From Patescibacteria group bacterium (GTDB lineage Bacteria > Patescibacteriota > Patescibacteriia > UM-FILTER-42-10), in contig JBAYKW010000001.1 in NCBI GenBank assembly GCA_041664365.1, forward strand, positions 144,862 to 208,861: 64,000 bases of DNA, given 5' to 3'. Of the stretch, positions 17,659 to 27,894 are shown piece after piece (position 1 is the stretch's first letter; every line of letters begins with the position of its first letter). A program made the translations under genes and the position numbers. The notes under the pieces were generated by a model. That model was not told the origin of the DNA. It saw nothing but the letters and a program-made list of their open reading frames with translations, and searched no databases.

Positions 17659-17797
17659 TTATGCCTGTATAATATGCAGGTAAATATGAAAGGAACATAC
17701 AAATGACATCAGGTCCTGATTGCGGTTGCTAACCGATTTAATAAAACTCCTGCCATGAAAATGGAAGGAGTTTTACTTAATATTAAATATAAGATAT

Positions 17798-18313
17798 ATG
17801 AGTAAAAAAATGGGAATAATACTAACTGTACTGATAATCATTTTGTTTGGCGGTTGGTATGTCTGGAATGCAGGATCGGATAGTTCTGACGGTAACGCAA
17901 ACACCAACAGTATAGTTTTAGTAAATCAAAATGCCGGAATTAATAAATCCGCAACATCTGATGATAACACAAATGTAGCAGCAGAGGTTTTGCCGGAGAC
18001 GAAAAATAGTCCTGGAAAATACATAGATTATTCTGACTCCGCATTCTCGAAAGAAGTGGGAAAAAAGAGGGTTATATTTTTTCATGCCACTTGGTGTCCG
18101 ACCTGCAAGATTGCAAATCAGGTATTTATCGACAAGGCAAATGAAATACCAGAGGGTGTTGTAATTTTCAAAACTGACTATGATTCAGAAAAAGAATTAA
18201 AAAGTAAATACGGGATAACTTATCAGCATACTTTTGTTTTAGTGGATGAAGAAGGAAACGAAATTAAAAAGTGGAATGGCGGTGATATTGACCAATTAGT
18301 TAACAATATATAA
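17798..18313 (+). CDS. membrane-anchored thioredoxin-like protein
   Basis: N-terminal TM helix. WCPTC active site in FFHATWCPTCKIANQVF. Confidence 0.7.
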   Translation: MSKKMGIILTVLIIILFGGWYVWNAGSDSSDGNANTNSIVLVNQNAGINKSATSDDNTNVAAEVLPETKNSPGKYIDYSDSAFSKEVGKKRVIFFHATWCPTCKIANQVFIDKANEIPEGVVIFKTDYDSEKELKSKYGITYQHTFVLVDEEGNEIKKWNGGDIDQLVNNI

Positions 18314-18315
18314 TA

Positions 18316-20055
18316 ATGTTCCTACTTATTTTATTTGCGTTTATTGGCGGTGTTGTAACAATTCTTTCCCCGTGCATTCTGCCTGTTCTGCCTATTATAC
18401 TGTCCGGGTCAGTTGGGGGAGGTAAGCGCAAACCATTGGGCATTGTATTCGGATTTGTTCTGAGTTTTACTTTCTTTACACTATTCTTAACGTCAATTGT
18501 TAATATTTTAGGTGTCCCCGCAGATTCGCTAAGAAATTTATCAGTAATTATAATACTGATTTTTGGAATTTTCCTGTTTGTACCTAGATTTCAGATTTTA
18601 TTAGAAAAATTGTTTTCGAAACTTGCCAGCAAAGCGCCAAGACAGGGAAACTCAACCGGTTTTTCCGGCGGAATACTAATCGGATTAAGCCTGGGACTTA
18701 TCTGGACTCCTTGCGTTGGACCAATTTTAGCGTCAGTTATTTCCCTTGCTCTTACCGGAACAGTAACGGGTTCGGCTTTGCTTATCACGCTGGCATATTC
18801 ACTCGGTACTGCTATACCGATGCTGATAGTAATGCAGGGCGGCAGGAAAATTTTACTGAAAGTGCCGGGACTTATGAAAAATACAGTTAAAATACAGAAG
18901 GTGTTTGGTTTAATAATGGTATTGACTGCTTTCGGAATATTTTTTAATATTGACCGTTCTTTTCAAACATATATTTTAAATGTATTCCCGAATTATGGCA
19001 GCGGATTAACGGCAATTGAAGACAATAATGCGGTAAAACAGCAACTGGATAAAATTAGAAATGGCACAATCAATGAGGAAGACATGGGAAAGACATTAGA
19101 TCAAATTACAAATCTGGCACCGGAACTGATCCCTGGAGGAGAATGGATAAATTCTGACCCACTGACACTAAAGGAGCTAAGGGGAAAGGTTGTATTATTA
19201 GATATTTGGACATACTCTTGCATTAATTGTATTCGTACGCTGCCCTATATCCAGGCCTGGCACGAAAAGTACCGAGATCAGGGCTTGGTGATAATCGGTG
19301 TTCATACGCCGGAATTTGAGTTTGAAAAGATTGCGGATAACGTACGAAAAGCGACAGTTGATTTCGGTTTGACTTACCCAATCATGCAGGACAATAACTA
19401 TGCCACATGGCGGGCGTATAAAAATAACTACTGGCCACGTAAATTCCTGGTGGATCATACGGGAAAAATTATTTATGATCACATTGGAGAAGGTGATTAT
19501 GCTCAAACGGAAATGGAAATTATCAAAGCCCTAGAAAATATGAATGAATCTAACGGGGATTCATCAGAGATTAGCAATGATTTGGTAAATGCAGTAAAAA
19601 CGGATACTAATTATTTACAACAAAGAAGCCCAGAGACATATTTTGGTTCAGCCAGAAATAGTAATTTAGCAAATGGTACTCCCTCCAAAAGCGGTGTGCA
19701 AAATTTTATTGTTCCCAATACTATAAAATCCAATAAATTGTATCTGGAAGGTGAATGGGATATCACGGCGGAATATGCGCAAAATATTAATCCTGGTGAC
19801 AAAATTGTGTTTGAATATCAGGGGAAGGACGTTTATTTAGTTGCGAGCGCAGAAGATTCAGTACAATTATCAATACTTCGGGACGGTCAAAAGGCGGGTG
19901 AGGATGGCGGTGCGGATTTATCATCTGAAAGCACTATGAATATTACGGATGAACGGTTATATAGAATTATCGAGGCCAGCGATTATGGTACGCATACATT
20001 AGAAATAATTATCAATCAGCCCGGCTTGCGGGCATTTGCATTTACGTTTGGCTAG
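18316..20055 (+). CDS. cytochrome c biogenesis CcdA/DsbD-like membrane domain fused to TlpA/ResA-type redoxin and a C-terminal extracytoplasmic domain
   Basis: LSPCILPVLP and TPCVGPIL Cys motifs in a 6-TM DsbD core. Followed by a thioredoxin-like domain with WTYSCINCIRTLPY (CxxC). Confidence 0.75.
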   Translation: MFLLILFAFIGGVVTILSPCILPVLPIILSGSVGGGKRKPLGIVFGFVLSFTFFTLFLTSIVNILGVPADSLRNLSVIIILIFGIFLFVPRFQILLEKLFSKLASKAPRQGNSTGFSGGILIGLSLGLIWTPCVGPILASVISLALTGTVTGSALLITLAYSLGTAIPMLIVMQGGRKILLKVPGLMKNTVKIQKVFGLIMVLTAFGIFFNIDRSFQTYILNVFPNYGSGLTAIEDNNAVKQQLDKIRNGTINEEDMGKTLDQITNLAPELIPGGEWINSDPLTLKELRGKVVLLDIWTYSCINCIRTLPYIQAWHEKYRDQGLVIIGVHTPEFEFEKIADNVRKATVDFGLTYPIMQDNNYATWRAYKNNYWPRKFLVDHTGKIIYDHIGEGDYAQTEMEIIKALENMNESNGDSSEISNDLVNAVKTDTNYLQQRSPETYFGSARNSNLANGTPSKSGVQNFIVPNTIKSNKLYLEGEWDITAEYAQNINPGDKIVFEYQGKDVYLVASAEDSVQLSILRDGQKAGEDGGADLSSESTMNITDERLYRIIEASDYGTHTLEIIINQPGLRAFAFTFG

Positions 20056-20214
20056 CTGCGAATAAAAGTAGGAAACAGATCATTAAGGAGAATATATTCA
20101 ATTTTAAAATTTATAAAATACTGAAATAGTATCTGTAGTTATGTAAATACAAAATCAGAATTGAACAGCTGGCTGGATCCTAAACAATATATTTAAAAAT
20201 TAGCTTTAAATAAT

Positions 20215-20781
20215 ATGTCAGAGAATACTTTGAATATACCGATCATTCTTGGTACGACTAGGGAAGGCCGTGAAAGTGAGAAAGTTGCGAAATATATTGA
20301 GAAAAAGGTAAAAGAAAAAACGGAAATTGTTACTAAATTAATTGATGTAAGGAAACTGGATTTCTCCGGCACAGAAGGACGTGACTTAGGTGATAAGAAT
20401 ATTGAGTTTAAAGAATCAATTACTAATGCTGATGGTTTGATTATAGTTACACCCGAGTATAATCACAGTTTCCCGGGTAGTTTAAAAATGGCATTGGATA
20501 TGTTTTTGCCTGAATATAAACATAAAGCGGTCGGGTTATGCGGTGTTTCCGACGGCGGGTTTGGTGGCGCAAGAGCAATTGAAGGTCTGGTGTCTGTTAT
20601 GAAAACACTCCGATTATCTATGATTAAACCTGATTTGAATTTCTCATTGGTTGATCAACTATTCGACAAAAATGGTAACGTTTTAGATAACTCATACGAT
20701 AAAAGAATAGAGAGCTTTTTGGAGGAACTAATTTGGATGACAAAAACCCTTAAATGGGGAAGAAATAGTATTATAAATTAA
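20215..20781 (+). CDS. NADPH-dependent FMN reductase (flavodoxin-like FMN_red family)
   Basis: IPIILGTTREGRESEKVAKYI...GLIIVTPEYNHSFPGSLKMALD is a typical FMN_red family pattern. Confidence 0.7.
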   Translation: MSENTLNIPIILGTTREGRESEKVAKYIEKKVKEKTEIVTKLIDVRKLDFSGTEGRDLGDKNIEFKESITNADGLIIVTPEYNHSFPGSLKMALDMFLPEYKHKAVGLCGVSDGGFGGARAIEGLVSVMKTLRLSMIKPDLNFSLVDQLFDKNGNVLDNSYDKRIESFLEELIWMTKTLKWGRNSIIN

Positions 20782-20795
20782 TATTAGGAGGAAAT

Positions 20796-20990
20796 ATGCC
20801 AAATAGGGAATATTTCTTTGCCGGTGACAAAGCACCGGAGACTGGCGAATATCTTTGTATGCCATGCGCGTATAAATCTAAAATAAAAAAAGGAGAAAAA
20901 TTCCCAGAATGCGTTTCGTGCCTGGTTCCTCAGAAAAAAATAGATATTGAGGAAGTCGCTGATGATGCGTTTTGGGAAAAGGTGAGTTAA
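20796..20990 (+). CDS. small zinc-ribbon protein (rubredoxin-like CxxC...CxxC)
   Basis: 64 aa with CMPC and CVSC pairs. Confidence 0.4.
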   Translation: MPNREYFFAGDKAPETGEYLCMPCAYKSKIKKGEKFPECVSCLVPQKKIDIEEVADDAFWEKVS

Positions 20991-21007
20991 TTATTAATAT
21001 AAGAAAT

Positions 21008-21457
21008 ATGAAAAAGGGGATCTTTATCGCTGTTATATTATTAATCATTATAATTGCCGGTGTGTTAGCATTGACTAGGGGCAGCGAGAATAAAACGGCA
21101 AATCAAAATACTAATTCATTTGTTAATTCTGCCAATACAAATACGCGATTGAATGCCAATACAGATTCTCAATCCGAGGACGCAGTCAGAATATTTAATA
21201 TCACCGGCGAAAGTTATGCTTTTTCTGTGAAAGAAATTAGAGTGAAAAAAGGTGATCTAGTTAGAATTAATTTTTCCAGCAACGGTGGAATGCATGATTG
21301 GAATATTGACGAGTTTAATGCGTCAACAATATTGGTTGATGATGGAGATTCAGATTTTGTGGAATTTACAGCAAGTAAAACGGGAACATTTGAATATTAC
21401 TGCAGTGTTGAAAACCACCGAAGTATGGGTATGGTAGGCAAACTGATCGTAGAATAA
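21008..21457 (+). CDS. cupredoxin-like copper-binding protein (plastocyanin/azurin fold)
   Basis: N-terminal TM/signal anchor. Candidate type-1 Cu ligands H (GGMHDW) and C-x2-H-x4-M (YYCSVENHRSMGM). Start placed at the second Met to avoid overlap with the upstream gene. Confidence 0.55.
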   Translation: MKKGIFIAVILLIIIIAGVLALTRGSENKTANQNTNSFVNSANTNTRLNANTDSQSEDAVRIFNITGESYAFSVKEIRVKKGDLVRINFSSNGGMHDWNIDEFNASTILVDDGDSDFVEFTASKTGTFEYYCSVENHRSMGMVGKLIVE

Positions 21458-21501
21458 GACACACCGGTAATTACTTTTATAGAGCTGTTTTGTTTGCTAG
21501 T

Positions 21502-22992
21502 CTACCTTTTTGCTGATTTAGTCAGTTTTCTGATATTGACGGCCAGTTCTTCTGATAGTGCGTCATTTTTCATGCGCCATTGCCAATTTTTCTTTCTGGT
21601 TGATGGTTTATTCATGCGCGCTTCAGAACCTAAATTCAGGGCATCCTGAATCGGGAAGATAAACCAGCACGCTTTCGAGCGCAGGCCCAATTCAATCAGC
21701 CTCCACGCGAAATGTTTTTTATCTGTTTTAGTGTATTTTAGAGCAAATCTTTTCTGCTGTGTTTTGCCGGATTTTGTTATCCAACCGTAAGTTGTATCGT
21801 TATCATGCGTGCCGGTATATGCCACGCAGTCAGTTGTAAAATTAGTAGGTAAATGAAAATTATTCCGTTTTCCACTGAAACCGAACTGCATTACTCTCAT
21901 GCCGGGAAATTTCAGATCTTTCTTAAGCATCACAACGTCACGGGTGATATATCCCAAATCTTCTGCGATGATTGAGAGATTTTTAAATTTTGTCTTTACC
22001 TGTTTGAAAATATTTTTTCCTGGAACTATTACCCATTTTCCTTTTTTCGATGTTCGGGATTTCGGGTCAACATGCCATACAGCAGCGTACCCTCGGAAAT
22101 GATCCAGTCTGACATCATCATAAAACTGAGCGGCCATCTCAATTCTGCGTACAAACCACTGGAAATTATTTTTTTTCATTTTTTCCCAGTCGTATTGAGG
22201 GTCACCCCACAGCTGTCCGCGCTTGCTGAAATAATCCGGTGGTACGCCTGATTTAGCAAGTGGCTGGTTATTTTCATCCAGCAGAAAAAGATCTCTACTG
22301 ACCCAGACGTTAACACTGTCGTGAATTACAAAAAACGGAATATCGCCGAAAATCCTAACACGTTTTTTATTCGCATATTTTTTTACTTTGGCGTATTGTG
22401 AAAAAAAGATCCACTGTCCATATTGATATACTCTGATTTGCCGGTGGAGTTTTTTTTGCCAGAATTCAATCGCATGCTTGTTTCTTTTGGCAATATCCTC
22501 AGGCCAATTGAACCAGCGTGCGCCTTTGAAATGATCCTTCAGCGACATAAACAATCCAAAATCATTAAGCCATTTCGAATGGTGCTGGATGAATTTTTCC
22601 AGGCTGTCTTTTTGCTCGATCGACGCGTGTCTACGGAAATATTCATATGATGTTTCAATCAGCCTTCTTTTTTCCTGAAAAACTTTTGAATACTTCACTG
22701 GGCCAACGCGTTTTTCTTTTGGGAGAGAATTTTTATGCAATAATCCTTCATTAACTAATTCGTCCGGGCTGATTAAAAGCCAGTTACCAGCAAAAGCTGA
22801 TGGTGAGGCGTATGGTGATCCTATGGAGTCGGGGATTGTCAACGGAAGAATTTGCCAAATACTCTGGCCGGACATGCTTAAAAAATCAATAAATCGGAAT
22901 GCTTCTTTTCCCAAATCACCGATTCCGTACGGACTGGGTAGTGATGTGATATGCAATAATATTCCGGATTGTCTTTTCATAATACCAATCAT
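21502..22992 (-). CDS. malQ: 4-alpha-glucanotransferase (amylomaltase, GH77)
   Basis: N-terminus RQSGILLHITSLPSPYGIGDLG and ~500-aa length are typical of MalQ. Confidence 0.85.
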   Translation of the reverse strand: MIGIMKRQSGILLHITSLPSPYGIGDLGKEAFRFIDFLSMSGQSIWQILPLTIPDSIGSPYASPSAFAGNWLLISPDELVNEGLLHKNSLPKEKRVGPVKYSKVFQEKRRLIETSYEYFRRHASIEQKDSLEKFIQHHSKWLNDFGLFMSLKDHFKGARWFNWPEDIAKRNKHAIEFWQKKLHRQIRVYQYGQWIFFSQYAKVKKYANKKRVRIFGDIPFFVIHDSVNVWVSRDLFLLDENNQPLAKSGVPPDYFSKRGQLWGDPQYDWEKMKKNNFQWFVRRIEMAAQFYDDVRLDHFRGYAAVWHVDPKSRTSKKGKWVIVPGKNIFKQVKTKFKNLSIIAEDLGYITRDVVMLKKDLKFPGMRVMQFGFSGKRNNFHLPTNFTTDCVAYTGTHDNDTTYGWITKSGKTQQKRFALKYTKTDKKHFAWRLIELGLRSKACWFIFPIQDALNLGSEARMNKPSTRKKNWQWRMKNDALSEELAVNIRKLTKSAKR

Positions 22993-23248
22993 ACCATTTT
23001 ATCCGGTGATATAATAGTTGCGATATTATCAGTTTAATATTCAATAGGTAATTTCAAACAGTAAAAAAATGGCTAAAATTAGCCAATAAAAAATCATAAA
23101 AAAAATTATTATTGACATAAAAATAATTTTAGCTGATGAAAATAGTTATAAACAAAGGGGAATCTATGCAAATATTGCAAATTGGTATATACTACGCATG
23201 TAATCATTAACATGTGAATAACTAATTAAGTAAAGGAATGAGAACATT

Positions 23249-23530
23249 ATGGCATCAATGACCAAGTCTCAATTCATCGGAGCACTGGTTGAAAAAACCG
23301 GACTCCAAAAAAAAGAGGTTGTTTCGTTCATGGATAACCTGAACGAGCTGGTTTACAAGGAATGTAAATCAAACGGCGAAATCACTCTCCCGGGTTTGGG
23401 AAAGATGATCAAGAAACATCGTGAAGCACGCATGGGCCGAAACCCAGCCACAGGCGAATCGATTCAGATCAAAGCCAAAACTGTGCTGAAATTCAGAGTC
23501 GCCAAAGCAGCTAAAGACGCAATTCTCTAG
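23249..23530 (+). CDS. hup: HU-family DNA-binding protein
   Basis: [21 protein letters not shown]...GLGKM...[21 protein letters not shown] matches the HU signature (GFGxF...R.GRNP.TGE). Confidence 0.85.
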   Translation: MASMTKSQFIGALVEKTGLQKKEVVSFMDNLNELVYKECKSNGEITLPGLGKMIKKHREARMGRNPATGESIQIKAKTVLKFRVAKAAKDAIL

Positions 23531-23558
23531 TAAAATAGAAATTGAAAAGGAGGAAGAA

Positions 23559-23594
23559 GGACCCCGATCCGCTTTGCGCGGTGGGGTCTTTTTT
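23559..23594 (+). terminator. rho-independent terminator after the HU gene
   Basis: GGACCCC...GGGGTC stem followed by TTTTTT. Confidence 0.65.
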
Positions 23595-23648
23595 ATAGAT
23601 ATGATTCTTTATTATATGGTTTAAATAAGGTATAATTGCTGTAATGCA

Positions 23649-23987
23649 ATGAAAAGCGAATCAAAAAAATGGCTAGGAAAAAAAGTGCAGGTAATAATTG
23701 ACCGTCCGATCGGATCAATCCATCCTGATTTTCCGGAAACCAAGTACAAAGTGAATTACGGATATATTCCCGGAACTTTAGCTGGAGACGGAGATCCGAT
23801 TGATGCCTATGTACTGGGAGTCAGTAATCCAATCAATGAATACGATGGTGTGGTCATTGCGTTTGTGGAAAGGGATGATGATAATGAATTTAAATTAGTA
23901 GTTGCCCAAGGTAAATACACTATCAATGAAATTAGTAACCTGATTGATTTTCAGGAGAAATATTTTAAATCAAAAATCATAATCTAA
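23649..23987 (+). CDS. short inorganic-pyrophosphatase-like protein (core of the family I PPase fold only)
   Basis: DRPIGSIHP...YKVNYGYIPGTLAGDGDPIDAYVL parallels the E. coli Ppa motif DRF...YPCNYGYI..T...DGDPVDVLV. At 112 aa it is far shorter than the ~175 aa of a canonical Ppa. Confidence 0.5.
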   Translation: MKSESKKWLGKKVQVIIDRPIGSIHPDFPETKYKVNYGYIPGTLAGDGDPIDAYVLGVSNPINEYDGVVIAFVERDDDNEFKLVVAQGKYTINEISNLIDFQEKYFKSKIII

Positions 23988-23988
23988 T

Positions 23989-24858
23989 ATGCCGGAACTT
24001 CCCGAAGTACAAACTATTGTTTCTGACTTAAATGTAAAATTGAAAGGACATTCCGTTCAAAAGATTTGGACTGATTGGCCAAAAAGTTTTCATCCATCCG
24101 TCTTAAGAGTTAGAAAAGGTATCGTTGGCAGGAAAGTAAACGGTGTCCGCAGACGGGCAAAAAATATTCTGATTGATTTTCAAGGCGACCAGACACTGCT
24201 GATTCATCTGAAAATGACCGGTCATTTGCTGTATCGTGATCATGATTGGAAGAACAAGGAAAGAAAAGACAGCCCGTTTTATGATTCATTCAATCAGTTT
24301 ATACGCACCTGCTTTTATCTGGATAAAAATAAAGAGCTGGCCTTTTCGGATGTGCGCAGGTTCGGGGAGATTAAACTGTTTAAAACAAGTGAAGAAAATG
24401 ATATTCCCCGTTTGAAAAAACTTGGTCCGGAACCGCTGAGCCGTGAATTCAAATTTGCGTTGTTTAAAACAAGACTGAAAAATAAAAAAGGATTTATTAA
24501 ATCAGTTTTACTGGATCAGAATACAATATCAGGAATAGGGAACATATATGCCGATGAGATTTTGTGGGAAGCGAAGATTAATCCTAAGCAGAAAACGGAC
24601 AGTTTGAATACCAAGCAAAGTATAGCAATCCACAAGGCTATTGTTAAAATACTGAAAAAAGCGGTAAAGTATCGTGGTACATCTATTTCGGATTACCGCG
24701 ATGCCCTCGGCAGAAAAGGTAATTATCAAAATGTGAGAAAAGTATATAAACGAGATGGATTAAATTGCTATCGTTGCAAAACAAAACTGTCCAGGACCAA
24801 AGTGAATAACCGCGGAACAACGTATTGTTCCAAATGCCAAAAATTATATGTTCAATAA
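23989..24858 (+). CDS. mutM: formamidopyrimidine-DNA glycosylase (Fpg/MutM)
   Basis: N-terminal MPELPEV with the catalytic Pro2/Glu3. C-terminal zinc finger CYRC...CSKC. Confidence 0.85.
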   Translation: MPELPEVQTIVSDLNVKLKGHSVQKIWTDWPKSFHPSVLRVRKGIVGRKVNGVRRRAKNILIDFQGDQTLLIHLKMTGHLLYRDHDWKNKERKDSPFYDSFNQFIRTCFYLDKNKELAFSDVRRFGEIKLFKTSEENDIPRLKKLGPEPLSREFKFALFKTRLKNKKGFIKSVLLDQNTISGIGNIYADEILWEAKINPKQKTDSLNTKQSIAIHKAIVKILKKAVKYRGTSISDYRDALGRKGNYQNVRKVYKRDGLNCYRCKTKLSRTKVNNRGTTYCSKCQKLYVQ

Positions 24859-26338
24859 ACTATCTGATTACCGTAAATATCGAATACTGGAAATTATACC
24901 CGGTGCGCTGACTTGGACGACTTTTATCACTGCAATTTCCCTGTCGTTTTTTCAGCCGATCTGGGTCATATATTTTGTAATTGTATTTGATTTGTTATGG
25001 CTCATGCGCATACTGTATCTGCAACTGTACATGATTATCTCATATCGCCGTTTTAAGAAAGCGATCAAAGTAAATTGGCTGGAGGAATGCAAAAAAAATC
25101 CCAGGTGGAATGATATGTATCATTTCATTATGTTACCGACATACAAAGAACCGATTGAAGTTATCCGGTCGACTTTCCAAAGTCTGGTAAACTCTAACTA
25201 TCCGAAAGACAAATTTATCGTTACATTTGCAATTGAAGAACGTGATAAAGAGAGAGCAAGGGGAATTGCGGAAATTATGCAAAGAGAATTCGGCGATATG
25301 TTTCATAAATTACTGGTGGTTGAACACCCGGCTGGAATTCCAGGAGAAATGCCCGGCAAGGGTTCGAATATCGCCTGGGCGGGAAGAAAAACAAAAGAGT
25401 ATATTGATAGTCAGAGTATCCCGTATGAAAACGTTATTGTGTCATCATTTGATGTGGATACATGTGTACACAGTGAATATTTTTCCTATTTGACGAACAT
25501 GTATCTCAATCATCCGAATCCGACTAAAACCAGTTTCCAGCCAGTACCGTTGTTTAACAATAATATCTGGGATTCGCCGGCTCTGATGCGAGTAGTGGCG
25601 AACGGTACGACATTCTGGCTGATGACCGAACAGCTGCGACCGGAAAGATTATTTACATTTTCATCGCACAGCATGAGCTTCCGCGCATTAGTAGACATTG
25701 ATTTTTGGCAAAATGACATTGTGACGGAAGATTCCAGAATATTTTTGCAGTGCTTTTTGGAATACGACGGTGACTATACTGTAACCCCGATGTATATACC
25801 GGTTTCCATGGATACGGTTATGGGGAGTACACTTTGGCAGAGTCTGAAAAATCAATACAAACAGCAAAGGCGCTGGGCATACGGCATAGAGCATTTTCCA
25901 TACATGCTTTGGTTTTTTAAGAAGAATAAAAAAATTAAATGGCATCAAAAATTCCACTATGTGTGGAATATGGCGGAAGGCCACTATTCATGGGCAACCG
26001 CGCCTATTCTGATATTTATTTTAGGCAGATTACCAATAGCGGTGGCGCACTATCAGGAATCTTCTTCAATAGCTGCTCAAACAGTGCCGTACGTTCTGGA
26101 ATGGCTGATGACGGCTGCGTTGATCGGTCTGATTTTAATGGCAATATTCAGTACTACACTGCTTCCAAAAAGACCGGAGCAAAAGCACAGGATTAAATTT
26201 GTTGAAATGCTTTTGCAGTGGGTGTTATTTCCAATCACTATGATTGTATTCGGATCTATTCCGGCAATCGATGCTCAGACCAGGCTGATGCTGGGTAAAT
26301 ACATGGGTTTTAATGTGACGGAAAAAATTAGAAAATAG
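24848..26338 (+). CDS. processive family-2 glycosyltransferase (cellulose/chitin-synthase-like, QxxRW motif) with TM domains
   Basis: GT2 fold with D,D,D motifs (FDVD) and QQRRW. TM helices sit N- and C-terminal. Confidence 0.7.
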   Translation: MFNKLSDYRKYRILEIIPGALTWTTFITAISLSFFQPIWVIYFVIVFDLLWLMRILYLQLYMIISYRRFKKAIKVNWLEECKKNPRWNDMYHFIMLPTYKEPIEVIRSTFQSLVNSNYPKDKFIVTFAIEERDKERARGIAEIMQREFGDMFHKLLVVEHPAGIPGEMPGKGSNIAWAGRKTKEYIDSQSIPYENVIVSSFDVDTCVHSEYFSYLTNMYLNHPNPTKTSFQPVPLFNNNIWDSPALMRVVANGTTFWLMTEQLRPERLFTFSSHSMSFRALVDIDFWQNDIVTEDSRIFLQCFLEYDGDYTVTPMYIPVSMDTVMGSTLWQSLKNQYKQQRRWAYGIEHFPYMLWFFKKNKKIKWHQKFHYVWNMAEGHYSWATAPILIFILGRLPIAVAHYQESSSIAAQTVPYVLEWLMTAALIGLILMAIFSTTLLPKRPEQKHRIKFVEMLLQWVLFPITMIVFGSIPAIDAQTRLMLGKYMGFNVTEKIRK

Positions 26339-26418
26339 GGTGTTTAAAAAGGGTATAGGGATTAGGGGAAAGGTGGAGAAAATACGGAGTATAAATGGTA
26401 AATACGAATTGCCAGCTT

Positions 26419-27384
26419 TCATTCAAGCTGAGCATTTTTAAAATCTGGATTACCGTTGATAAACTCATTGGCGGTTTGCAACCTTTTTCCTTCTAGCTGG
26501 AGTTTTAAAATTTTCAAATTGCCTTTGCCTGAACCGATTAATATTGAATTATCAGTATAGGATATTTTGCCCGGATCAAGCTGAATTTTTGCATCTGAAA
26601 TATCCGCAGAATGTATTTTCAATGTTTTTCTGTCATGCTTGCAAAAAGAACCCGGCCACGGATAATACGCTCTGATCTGTCTAGCTATCTGCTGCGCATC
26701 TTTAGTCCAGTCTATTCTGCCGTCTTCTTTTTTTATGATTGCTGTTTTTGTAGCAATTGAGTCGTCTTGTGGTATGGGCTTTAACTTTTCGTTCAAATAA
26801 TCAATCAGTGAATCTTTCAGTATATCCGCTCCGAGCAGAGCCAATTTATCATGCAGTGATTCAAAATTATCTTCATTACTGATCGGAATTATTTTTTGTT
26901 TGATAATTGCACCCGTATCCAGACCGGCATCAATCTTCATTAGAGTAACTCCCGTTTCTGTTTCACCATTTAAAATTGCCGCTTGAATCGGTGAAGCTCC
27001 TCGGAATTTCGGCAAAAGCGATCCATGAATATTTAGCCATCCATGCTTAGGCATATCTAGGACTTTTTCCGGTATGATTTTTCCGTAAGCCACAACTATT
27101 GCAACGTCAAGTTCAAGATCAGAAAGGCACTGATCGAACTTTGTTGATTTAATTCGTTCCGGCTGACAGACCGGCAGATTATATTTTTCTGACAGTTTTT
27201 TAACCGGCGGGGCAGTCAACTCCTGTTTTCGACCGACCGGCTTGTCCGGTTGAGTAACAGCGGTAACCATATCTATCTCCGGCATGGAAAGCAGTGCCTG
27301 CAGTGCGGGTACGGCAAAATCCGGAGTACCAAAAAAAGCAACTCGGAATTTATGGTTATTAGTATTTTGGTTCTTATCAGTCAT
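26419..27384 (-). CDS. fmt: methionyl-tRNA formyltransferase
   Basis: FRVAFFGTPDFAVPAL, HGSLLPKFRGASPIQAAI and the C-terminal domain are all present. Confidence 0.85.
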   Translation of the reverse strand: MTDKNQNTNNHKFRVAFFGTPDFAVPALQALLSMPEIDMVTAVTQPDKPVGRKQELTAPPVKKLSEKYNLPVCQPERIKSTKFDQCLSDLELDVAIVVAYGKIIPEKVLDMPKHGWLNIHGSLLPKFRGASPIQAAILNGETETGVTLMKIDAGLDTGAIIKQKIIPISNEDNFESLHDKLALLGADILKDSLIDYLNEKLKPIPQDDSIATKTAIIKKEDGRIDWTKDAQQIARQIRAYYPWPGSFCKHDRKTLKIHSADISDAKIQLDPGKISYTDNSILIGSGKGNLKILKLQLEGKRLQTANEFINGNPDFKNAQLE

Positions 27385-27480
27385 GATTCAAAGTATGGTA
27401 TACTACTGCTACAGTATGACCCAAGTTCAGATAATATTCAAGAATAATCATTAATAAAACTAGAATCGAGAACAACGGAT

Positions 27481-27759
27481 ATGGTCAAAAATGCGGTTGC
27501 CAGGATAGCACTGCTTGATCGGATCATGTATTTTATGGGTATTGCGATACCAATATTGACCTCCTCACAAGTATTGAAAATTTGGCTGAGTAAAAATGCT
27601 GATGGAGTCTCATTATTGGCCTGGGCCACTTATGCGATTAATTCAATATTGTGGGTGTACTACGGAAAACTGCATAGGAAAAAACCGGTAATATTTGCAA
27701 ACCTGATGTGTTTTGTAATCAATATCATGGTTGTTATCGGGACAATAATTTATAGCTAA
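27481..27759 (+). CDS. SemiSWEET / PQ-loop family small sugar-transporter-like protein (3 TM)
   Basis: 92 aa with three TM helices. The PQ-loop-like segment is ...ILTSSQVLKIW...LLAWATYAINSILWVYYG (W..YG). Confidence 0.5.
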   Translation: MVKNAVARIALLDRIMYFMGIAIPILTSSQVLKIWLSKNADGVSLLAWATYAINSILWVYYGKLHRKKPVIFANLMCFVINIMVVIGTIIYS

Positions 27760-27894
27760 AATTTCCAGTATTGAGCCCGTTAGAGGATTTTTTTCAAACG
27801 GGCTTGACAAAATTATTTTGGAGTGATACAATTCCGAGAAGCTCATTTTGTTTTCACCCCGAACGCGCTGTTTCAGCTTTGAAAGGACAGAGCA

